Shown here: positions 22,700-29,778 of the stretch, piece after piece
Layout of the letters: each line of letters opens with the position of its first letter
How positions within the stretch are numbered: the first letter of the stretch is position 1
NCBI RefSeq assembly: GCF_000017305.1
Contig: NC_009664.2
Location: 3,300,001 to 3,332,000, forward strand
Source of the DNA: Kineococcus radiotolerans SRS30216 = ATCC BAA-149
GTDB taxonomy: Bacteria; Actinomycetota; Actinomycetes; Actinomycetales; Kineococcaceae
Reading direction: 5' to 3'
Length of the DNA stretch: 32,000 nt
Made by a program: the position numbers and the translations under genes
Notes under the pieces: generated by a model
What the model saw: only the letters and a program-made list of their open reading frames with translations
Databases searched by the model: none
What the model was told of the DNA's origin: nothing

Positions 22700-25069
22700 T
22701 CAGGCCCCCGCCTCGGCCACCCCGGTGACCCGGTGCACCGAGTAGGACCGCACGGAACGCTCCTCGTGGTCGAAGGCCGTGATGCGACCGCCCTCCACCC
22801 CCAGCGGCTCGACCAGGTGCCGGCTCGCCGAGCCGCTCGCGTCGACGTACCCGATCCACACCGCGCGCCGCCGCCCCACCGCGTCGCGCAGCAGCGCGAT
22901 CGACGTCGAGGGGTCCATCGCCGGCAGCGCGGGCGCCTCCCGGTTCCGGTCCCGGCGCCGTTCGTTCTCCGCCGCGTCCTCGTCCCCGGCCCGCACCGTC
23001 TGCACCGCCGCCGCGAGCAGCGCCGCCCCCGGGGCCGGGGGCTCGCCCGTCACCGGTCGCGGGGAGGGGCGCGGTCCCGAGCGCAGCGCCGTCGGGCGCC
23101 GCAGCACCAGCTCGCCGTCGGGGCCCTCCGCCGCGGGGGCCACCCCGACCTCGCGCAGCACCGACAGGACCTCGTCCGGGTCCGCCGCCGCCACCAGCAC
23201 CGTCGGGGCGAGCCGGCGCAGGCGGAGCGCGGTGCAGCGCTTGTCGGCGACGAGCTCGGCGAGCAGGGACGGGTCCTCGGCGCGGACGTAGGCCCCGGCC
23301 CGGCCCACCCGGACCCGGCCGTGGCGCCGGGCGACGTCGCGGACGAGGTACTCCAGCGGCTGCGGCACCCCCGTCGAGGACAGCGCCGCGAGGAAGTCCA
23401 GGGCCTCGTCGGCGGTCTGGCCGTCGTCGAGGCCGCGGCGCACCGACGCCGCGTCGAAGCGGTACACCGTCGCGCCGCCGCGGCTCTCCACCCGGGCCAG
23501 CGACTCCAGGCGGCGGGCCAGGTGCGTCTCCAGCGGCCCGGGCGCGACCGCGGTGAGGTCGGCCTGCAGCAGCACCTCGCGCACCGGGCGCGGCAGCGCC
23601 GCGGCCAGCGCGGCCGCGGCGGCGACCTCGTCGTCGACCAGCAGCGCCCGCCCGGCCGGGGACAGGGCCCCCGCGCCGAGCACCCCCAGCCAGGAGGCGT
23701 CGCGCACGGTCCAGCCCACGAGGTCGTCGCGCAGCTTGCTCGCCCGCCGCGGGGCCTGCCAGCGCAGCCGCGCCACCAGCGACTCGGGGCTCGCGGCCAC
23801 GTCCGGCGCCAGCCCGGCCAGCTCGCCCAGCACCGCCCGGCGCACCGCGAGCGCCGAGGCGCGGTCGAGGTCGGGTCCCAGGGCGTTGCGCGCGGAGTCC
23901 TTCGCGTCGCGGGTGCCGACCATCGCCGGCACCCGGGTGCCGGTCAGCCAGCAGCTGGCGAGGTGGACCCACCGCTGCGGCAGGTCGTCCTCCACCCACG
24001 TGTCGTAGGCCGGGGTCGGCAGCCACCGCGGCTCGACCTCGCCGTCGTCGGCGACCAGCCCGGCGACCCACGCCGTCTCCACGACGAGCGCGGCGGTGGC
24101 CTCGTCGACCTCCAGCGCCGCGGCCGTCCGGCGCAGCTCCCGGACCCCCAGACCGCCGGCGCGCAGGACCGGCGGCCCGGCGCTGCCCCACAGCCGGCCC
24201 AGCTCGTCGACCAGCCGGCACGCCTCCGCCGCGGCTCCCGCGGACGCGCCCAGCACGGCCTCGGGCCGGCGCGGTGTCGTCGCCAGCTCCGGCGGTCGGC
24301 GGTCGGGGGCGCGGTGCACGCGGCCGCCGCGCAGGGCCAGCCCCACCTCGCGCGGCAGCACGACGGTGCCCGGGCCCGACACCGCCAGCAGGCCGCGGGA
24401 GAGCAGCCAGTCCACCGGCCCGGTCGACGTCGCGGTCCGCACCTGCCGGTCCGCGCGCTCGACGGCACCCGTCGGCGGTCCCCACGTCAGCTTCTCCAGC
24501 ACCGTCCGGACCCCCTCGGGGGCGTCGACCAGCAGCGTCTCCACGGTGTCGGCCGCGGCGAGGTGCGCGCTCAGCCGGGTCAGCGCCACCTCGGGGTCGT
24601 GGCTGACCTCCAGGCCGAGGTCCTCCAGCAGGTCGGCCAGCCGCTGCGGGGAGCGGCGGCCCAGCGCGTCGGCCAGGGGCGGGCCGAGCCCCGCCGGGTG
24701 CGGGCCGAGCAGGTCGCGGACGGCGGAGACCAGGTGCAGCCGGCGGTCCGGTCCCCAGAGCAGGGCCCGCCGGCGCAGCTGCGCGACGACGTCACCGGCC
24801 TTGGCGCCCCACGCCCTCGACACCGCGGTCACGCTCGTGGGGTCCGGCAGCACCGCGAGCACCTCGGCCACCTGCAGCGCCGGGGTGTCCAGCCGCTCCA
24901 GGGCCCGCTGGGTGCTGGCGCGCGTGGTGGCGCGCGTGGCGAGGGCGGTGGAGGACGTCGGCAGGGGCGCGGCGAGGTCGGGGCGCTGGGAGAAGAGGAC
25001 GACGAGGTCCTCGTCCGCGCGCGAACGCAGGTCCTCGGCGAGGGTGCGCGGAGCTGGGGCCGTGGGCAT
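22700..25069 (-). CDS. XPB-associated large protein (helicase-associated; XPB-N-terminal-like domain + WYL-like C-terminus)
   Basis: 789 aa from ATG 25069. N-terminus MPTAPAPRTLAEDLRSRADEDLVVLFSQRPDLA...ATRATTRASTQRALERLD matches the partner gene found next to actinobacterial xpb, as recalled. Internal segment VYRFDAASVRRGLDDGQTADEALDFLAALSSTGVPQPLEYLVRDVARRHGRVRV parallels XPB residues TYRLTPLGLWNARAAGHDAEQVVDTLLEFSRYSVPHALLVDVAETMARYGRLQL. Confidence 0.8.
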   Translation of the reverse strand: MPTAPAPRTLAEDLRSRADEDLVVLFSQRPDLAAPLPTSSTALATRATTRASTQRALERLDTPALQVAEVLAVLPDPTSVTAVSRAWGAKAGDVVAQLRRRALLWGPDRRLHLVSAVRDLLGPHPAGLGPPLADALGRRSPQRLADLLEDLGLEVSHDPEVALTRLSAHLAAADTVETLLVDAPEGVRTVLEKLTWGPPTGAVERADRQVRTATSTGPVDWLLSRGLLAVSGPGTVVLPREVGLALRGGRVHRAPDRRPPELATTPRRPEAVLGASAGAAAEACRLVDELGRLWGSAGPPVLRAGGLGVRELRRTAAALEVDEATAALVVETAWVAGLVADDGEVEPRWLPTPAYDTWVEDDLPQRWVHLASCWLTGTRVPAMVGTRDAKDSARNALGPDLDRASALAVRRAVLGELAGLAPDVAASPESLVARLRWQAPRRASKLRDDLVGWTVRDASWLGVLGAGALSPAGRALLVDDEVAAAAALAAALPRPVREVLLQADLTAVAPGPLETHLARRLESLARVESRGGATVYRFDAASVRRGLDDGQTADEALDFLAALSSTGVPQPLEYLVRDVARRHGRVRVGRAGAYVRAEDPSLLAELVADKRCTALRLRRLAPTVLVAAADPDEVLSVLREVGVAPAAEGPDGELVLRRPTALRSGPRPSPRPVTGEPPAPGAALLAAAVQTVRAGDEDAAENERRRDRNREAPALPAMDPSTSIALLRDAVGRRRAVWIGYVDASGSASRHLVEPLGVEGGRITAFDHEERSVRSYSVHRVTGVAEAGA

Positions 25070-25122
25070 CGGGGGGAGTCTAGGCGCCCGCCCCGGCCGG
25101 GCACCGCCGCCGCGGACCGGGC

Positions 25123-26088
25123 TCAGGCGGGCGGGGTGCGGGGGATGCCGAAGAGGTCGAACAACCGGGTGTCCAGGAACGAGGTGATCCGCACGATCCG
25201 GCCCCCGGCCAGCTCCAGCGCCTGGATGGCGAACGGCACGAGCTCGCCCTGCGCCCCGACGGGCTTGTAGTGCGCGTAGGCGGCGGAACCGTTGACCGTC
25301 ACCGGGACGAGCCGGGACCCGCGGCACAGGTGGCCGGGGCCGAGCATCCAGGCGGCGATGTCGTCGGCGCCCTGCAGCCACAGCTCGAACGGCGGCATGT
25401 TCTGGGTGACCTCGGCCGCGAGCAGCTGCACGAAGGCGTCGATGTCGTAGGCCTCGAAGGCCCGGACGTACTCCTCCAGCAGCGCGCGGTGGCTGTCGTC
25501 GAGGGGCTGGGCCCGGTCGACGTCGGGGCGCTCGGCGAGGGTGGCGCGGGCCCGCTGCAGCGCGCTGTTGACCGACGCCGTCGTCGTCTCCAGCAGCGTC
25601 GCGACCTCCTCGGCCCGCCAGCGCAGCACGTCGCGCAGGATGAGGACCGCCCGCTGGCGGGGCGGCAGGTGCTGCAGCGCGGCGACGAAGGCGAGGCGGA
25701 CCGACTCCCGGGCGACGGCGATGTCGGCCGGGTCACCCGCCTGCGGGAGCACGCGGTCGTCGACCATCGGCTCCAGCCAGGTGTCCTCGGAGCGGCGGTG
25801 GGCCAGCGACGCCTCGACCGGTTCCCAGGCGCTGGCCGAGAGGTCCATCGGGCGGGCCCGCTTCCCGCGGCTCTCGATCATCGTGAGGCAGACGTTGGTG
25901 GCGATCCGGTAGAGCCAGGACCGCAGCCCCGAGCGCCCCTCGAAGCCGTCGATGCCCTTCCACGCCCGGACCATGGTGTCCTGCACGGCGTCCTCGGCGT
26001 CGAAGGCGGAACCGAGCATGCGGTAGCAGTAGCCCCTCAGCTCGGCCCGGTGGTCGGCGAGGCGGGGTTCGAGCTCGAACGTCGTCAT
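25123..26088 (-). CDS. ECF sigma factor, SigG-type, with fused C-terminal SnoaL/NTF2-like domain
   Basis: Region 2 is ELRGYCYRMLGSAFDAEDAVQDTMVRAWKGIDGFEGRSGLRSWLYRIATNVCL. Region 4 is PPRQRAVLILRDVLRWRAEEVATLLETTTASVNSALQRARATL. An extension of about 130 aa follows (LLEEYVRAFEAYDIDAFVQLLAAEV...GRIVRITSF). ATG 26088 chosen; in-frame GTG 26109 is an alternative. No SD at either. Confidence 0.88.
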   Translation of the reverse strand: MTTFELEPRLADHRAELRGYCYRMLGSAFDAEDAVQDTMVRAWKGIDGFEGRSGLRSWLYRIATNVCLTMIESRGKRARPMDLSASAWEPVEASLAHRRSEDTWLEPMVDDRVLPQAGDPADIAVARESVRLAFVAALQHLPPRQRAVLILRDVLRWRAEEVATLLETTTASVNSALQRARATLAERPDVDRAQPLDDSHRALLEEYVRAFEAYDIDAFVQLLAAEVTQNMPPFELWLQGADDIAAWMLGPGHLCRGSRLVPVTVNGSAAYAHYKPVGAQGELVPFAIQALELAGGRIVRITSFLDTRLFDLFGIPRTPPA

Positions 26089-26222
26089 CGGCGTGTCGGA
26101 GGTCGTCACGGTGCACAGCACAGCACGGACCACCGACACGGCGGGAGACCCCGCGAGCACCTCCCGCCGGCCCCCGCCCACGGCGGCGGCGGTGACGGCG
26201 GCGGCGACGGGCGGCGCCCGGT

Positions 26223-27224
26223 TCAGCAGGTCGCGAAGGCGTCCACCACCGCGTCCCGGTCCATCCCCGCCGCCAGGCACAGCGACAGCAGGATCCGCGC
26301 CTGCGGCGGGGAGAGGGTGTCGCTGCCGACCAGCCCGCGCTCCGCGAAGGCCCGCCGGTGCGTCACCCGGCCGGTGGCCGCGCGGCTGCCGACCACCACG
26401 ACCACTCCGGCCGCCACCGCCCGGCTCATCGCCACCTCGACCGCCGGGGGGTTCATCCCCGGCGGCAGCGAGGCCACCACCAGCCCGCGCGCGCCGTCGG
26501 CGACGGGCCGCTCGACGACGCGCCCGTCGGCACCGGCCCACACGGGCACCACCTCGACCCGCGGCCAGCGGGGGGCGGGGTCGGCGGAGAAGGGGGAGCC
26601 GAGGGTGTGCCGACGCAGGAGCCGGCGGTAGAACCAGACCCCGCCGTAGGGGTCGACGTCGCCGAGCGCGCCGTGGTCGCGGGCGCGGAAGGCGTCCAGC
26701 CCGCCGTTGGACGTCTTGACCACGTCGCGCGCGGACAGGACCCGGTCGTCCATCACCACCAGCACCCCGTGCCCGCGGGCGGCGGGGGAGGCCGCGACCC
26801 GCACGGCGTTGAGCAGCCCGACCTGGGCGTCGGAGCCGAGGGCGGTAGGCGGGCGCTGGGCCCCCACGAGCACGACCGGCAGGTCGGTGGCCAGGGTCAG
26901 GTGCAGGACGTAGGCGGTCTCCTCCAGGGTGGCCGTGCCGTGGGTGACCACGACGCCGGCGACGTCCGGCTCGTCGCGGGCCACGGCCAGCACCCGGGCG
27001 CGCAGCTGCGCCCAGAACCCCTCGTCGACGAGGGTGCTGGGGACGCGGGCGACCCGCCGCGCCGACACCTCGACCTCGTCGGGGAAGCGGTAGAGCGCCA
27101 GCGCCTCCTCGTCGTCCAGGGCGCGGCCGTCGTCGACGTAGTCGAGGCGGTCGAGGTCGTCGCCGCCGGCGGTGCCGATCGTCCCCCCGGTCAGCAGGAG
27201 GACGACCCGGGGCCGGGCGTTCAC
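26223..27224 (-). CDS. L-asparaginase/glutaminase family protein
   Basis: VVLLLTGGTIGTAG (TGGTI nucleophile motif), VVVTHGTATLEETAYVL (HGTDT-type motif with D->A), ARDVVKTS (Lys). GTG start. Confidence 0.88.
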   Translation of the reverse strand: MNARPRVVLLLTGGTIGTAGGDDLDRLDYVDDGRALDDEEALALYRFPDEVEVSARRVARVPSTLVDEGFWAQLRARVLAVARDEPDVAGVVVTHGTATLEETAYVLHLTLATDLPVVLVGAQRPPTALGSDAQVGLLNAVRVAASPAARGHGVLVVMDDRVLSARDVVKTSNGGLDAFRARDHGALGDVDPYGGVWFYRRLLRRHTLGSPFSADPAPRWPRVEVVPVWAGADGRVVERPVADGARGLVVASLPPGMNPPAVEVAMSRAVAAGVVVVVGSRAATGRVTHRRAFAERGLVGSDTLSPPQARILLSLCLAAGMDRDAVVDAFATC

Positions 27225-27261
27225 CGCCCCCGCCGCGTCTGGGTCGTGCCCGGTCGCGGCC

Positions 27262-29541
27262 TCACCCGATCGAGGCCATCCCGGCGGGCAGGGGCTCGGC
27301 GTGCAGGACGTGCAGCTCCTGCGTGGCGCGGGTCAGGGCGACGTAGAGGTCGTTGGCCCCGCGCGGGCGGCGCAGCACGGCGCCCGGCTCGACGAGGACG
27401 ACGACGTCGAACTCCAGCCCCTTGGCCCGCTGCACGTCGATCACCGAGACCGGCGCGTCGAGGTCGTCGGGGGAGGTCGCGACCGCGCCGGGCGGCAGCG
27501 CCGCCGCGACCGCGGCGCGCAGCGCGTCGGAGCCCAGGTCCCCGCGGACCTCGGCGGTGATGAGCGCGATCCGGCCCTCGTCCAGCGACGCGAAGCGCGC
27601 GCGGACCACCTCCACGACCCGCGCGGCGTCCCCGCCGTCCCCGGCCAGCGCCACCGCGACCGGGTCGTGCTCGCCCTCGCGCACCGGCGTCGGCGGGTTC
27701 GCGGAGATCCCCGCGGCGCGCAGGACGTCGGCCGCGACCCGGGCGATGCGGGCGGGGGTGCGGTAGTTGACCGTCAGCTCCTCCAGCCGCCAGCGGTCGT
27801 CCACGACGGGCTTGAGGGCCTGCGCCCAGCTGCGGGCCCCGGCGGGGTTGGAGGTCTGGGCGACGTCGCCGACGAGGGTCATCGACCGCGACGGGCAGCG
27901 CCGCTCGACCAGCCGCCAGGCCATCGCGGACAGCTCCTGCGCCTCGTCGACGACGACGTGGCCGTAGGCCCAGGTGCGGTCGGCGGCGGCGCGCTCGGCC
28001 ACGGTGCCGGTGGGCCCGTCGGTGGAGAAGCGGTCGGCGAGCAGCTCCGGGCTCACCAGCGGGTTGCCCACCCCGGAGGCCTCGAAGTCCTCCAGCACCT
28101 TGCGGGCGTAGGCGACCTGCTCCTCGCGGTCGGCGTCGCGGCGGGCCCGGCCGGCGGACTCCTCGACGGGGCCGAGCAGCTCGGCGAGCTCGTCGAGCAG
28201 CGGGACGTCGGCCTCGGTCCAGGCGGTGGGGTCCTCCCGGTGCAGGGCCGCGCGCTCGGCCGCGGACAGCTGCGGGGCGACCCGCTCCAGCAGGCCGGGG
28301 TCGCGGTAGAGGCCGGCGAGGACCTTCTGCGGGGTCAGCGGCATCCAGCACAGGTTGATCTCGCGCCGGACGTCGACGTGCTCGCGCAGCTCGGTGACGA
28401 GGTCGTCGCGCTCCTCGTTCAGGTCGACCCCCCGGGAGCGGGCCAGGGAGGTGACCAGGGTGTTGAGCAGCTCGCGCACGAACGTCACCCGGGCCGCGTT
28501 GTGCGGCTTGCGGCTGCGCCGGGCGCGGGTGCGGGCGGCGGCGACCGCGTCGGGACGCAGCAGCAGCCGGGTGCCGTCGACGTCGAAGCGCAGCGGCCGC
28601 GCGGGGACCCGCTGGCGGTCGGCGACGGCGGCGTCGAGGACGTCGACCATCCGCAGCGAGCCCTTGACCCGCGCCGCGGCGGGGGGCTCGTCGCCGCGGC
28701 CCACGACCCCGGGGAACAGCTCCGCCAGCGTCATCGTCACCACGCCCGTCTCCCCGAGCGCGGGCAGGACCTGCTCGACGTAGCGCAGGAACACCGGGCT
28801 GGGGCCCAGCAGCAGCACGCCGCTGCGGGCGAGGCGGTCGCGGTGGGTGTAGAGCAGGAACGCCGTCCGGTGCAGGGCGACGGCGGTCTTGCCCGTGCCG
28901 GGTCCGCCCTGGACGACGAGGACCCCGCGCTCGGAGGCCCGGATGACCCGGTCCTGCTCGGCCTGGATGGTGGCGACGATGTCGCCCATGCGCCCGGTGC
29001 GGGGGGCGGTCACGGCCGCCAGCAGGGCCGCGTCCCCGGTGGTGCGCTCGCCCTCGGCGGCCACCAGCACCTCGTCGTCGACGCCGGTGACGCGCCGGCC
29101 GGAGGTCAGCAGGTGCCGGCGGCGCACGACGTCGCGGGGGGCGGCGGCGGTGGCCTGGTAGAAGTCCTGGGCCGCGGGGGCGCGCCAGTCGACGAGGACC
29201 TGGTTGCCGCGCTCGTCGGCCAGCCCGAGGCGGCCCACGTAGCGGCGGGGGTCCTCGGTGCCCGGCTGCAGGTCCAGGCGCCCGAAGCACAGGCGGTTCT
29301 CCACCGACCACAGCTGGGAGAGCCGGTCCTCGTAGAGGGTGGCGAAGGCGTCCCGCTCGAAGCGGCTCTGGTGGGTGCCCGTGGCCAGGGTGCGGCGCAC
29401 CTCGGCGAGCTGGTCGGCGGTCTGGGCGCGCAGCACGTCGAGGCGGGCGTAGAGGGTGGCGACGTGGGCGTCCTCGAGGGCGACGGCCGACGCGACGTCG
29501 GGGGAGACCCCGGACCCGGTCGACCCGGTGGACTGGCTCAC
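27262..29541 (-). CDS. helR: HelD-class II / HelR-type RNA-polymerase-associated UvrD-like ATPase
   Basis: GTG 29541 preceded by AGGAGAGAG. N-terminal coiled segment ...LYARLDVLRAQ...SRFERDAF...VENRLCFGRLDL...RYVGRLGLADERGNQVLVDWRAPAAQDFYQAT...VVRRRHL. Walker A VVQGGPGTGKTAVALHR; VVDEAQEL; C-terminal KGLEFDVVVL...DLYVALTRATQEL. Confidence 0.88.
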   Translation of the reverse strand: MSQSTGSTGSGVSPDVASAVALEDAHVATLYARLDVLRAQTADQLAEVRRTLATGTHQSRFERDAFATLYEDRLSQLWSVENRLCFGRLDLQPGTEDPRRYVGRLGLADERGNQVLVDWRAPAAQDFYQATAAAPRDVVRRRHLLTSGRRVTGVDDEVLVAAEGERTTGDAALLAAVTAPRTGRMGDIVATIQAEQDRVIRASERGVLVVQGGPGTGKTAVALHRTAFLLYTHRDRLARSGVLLLGPSPVFLRYVEQVLPALGETGVVTMTLAELFPGVVGRGDEPPAAARVKGSLRMVDVLDAAVADRQRVPARPLRFDVDGTRLLLRPDAVAAARTRARRSRKPHNAARVTFVRELLNTLVTSLARSRGVDLNEERDDLVTELREHVDVRREINLCWMPLTPQKVLAGLYRDPGLLERVAPQLSAAERAALHREDPTAWTEADVPLLDELAELLGPVEESAGRARRDADREEQVAYARKVLEDFEASGVGNPLVSPELLADRFSTDGPTGTVAERAAADRTWAYGHVVVDEAQELSAMAWRLVERRCPSRSMTLVGDVAQTSNPAGARSWAQALKPVVDDRWRLEELTVNYRTPARIARVAADVLRAAGISANPPTPVREGEHDPVAVALAGDGGDAARVVEVVRARFASLDEGRIALITAEVRGDLGSDALRAAVAAALPPGAVATSPDDLDAPVSVIDVQRAKGLEFDVVVLVEPGAVLRRPRGANDLYVALTRATQELHVLHAEPLPAGMASIG

Positions 29542-29660
29542 TGGTGCGGCTCTCTCCTGTGCGCGGTGCCCTGCGTGCCGCGAAACGGCACCGCAGAAGC
29601 CTAGTCGCGTCCGTGCGGGCACCGTTGGCGGGTTCGGTTCGTTGGCCTAACGTGGGGCTG

Positions 29661-29678
29661 CTGCGGAACCGTTCGCAG
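29661..29678. promoter_or_regulatory. Near-palindrome CTGCGGAAC C GTTCGCAG in helR/desaturase divergent gap
   Basis: 18-nt imperfect inverted repeat (arms CTGCGGAAC / GTTCGCAG, one extra G). It is flanked by GGTTCGGTTCG (29631-29641) and GGAACCCGAAC (29680-29690), which are themselves near inverse copies. Confidence 0.3.
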
Positions 29679-29778
29679 TGGAACCCGAACACCGCTGTGT
29701 CTGATCACGGGCCCACTCCCCGGACACTGCGCGAGGACGCGCCGCCCGGTCGTCCTCCACACGCCCGCGAGGAGACCT

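Noticed and set aside
26110-26222. GTGCT GTGCT GTGCA mini-repeat and GCC/GGC-rich tract upstream of the sigma gene, considered as a regulatory repeat
   Set aside because: It is very short, has no phasing or symmetry beyond three pentamers, and sits right at an alternative start codon (GTG 26109). There is not enough evidence to call a site.
941-29692. Many other long ORFs in the track (e.g. 941..2758 -, 1300..3372 +, 3138..4577 -, 5542..7266 -, 6087..9053 +, 10967..13129 +, 13063..15516 +, 15656..17983 +, 17945..19435 -, 19960..21750 -, 20253..22673 +, 21864..24485 - upstream part, 22637..25270 +, 27172..29604 +, 27221..29692 -)
   Set aside because: Their translations are dominated by Arg, Pro, Gly and Ala runs with no recognisable motifs. 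Each overlaps, in another frame or on the other strand, a gene with clear family signatures. This is the expected consequence of GC3 saturation removing stop codons.
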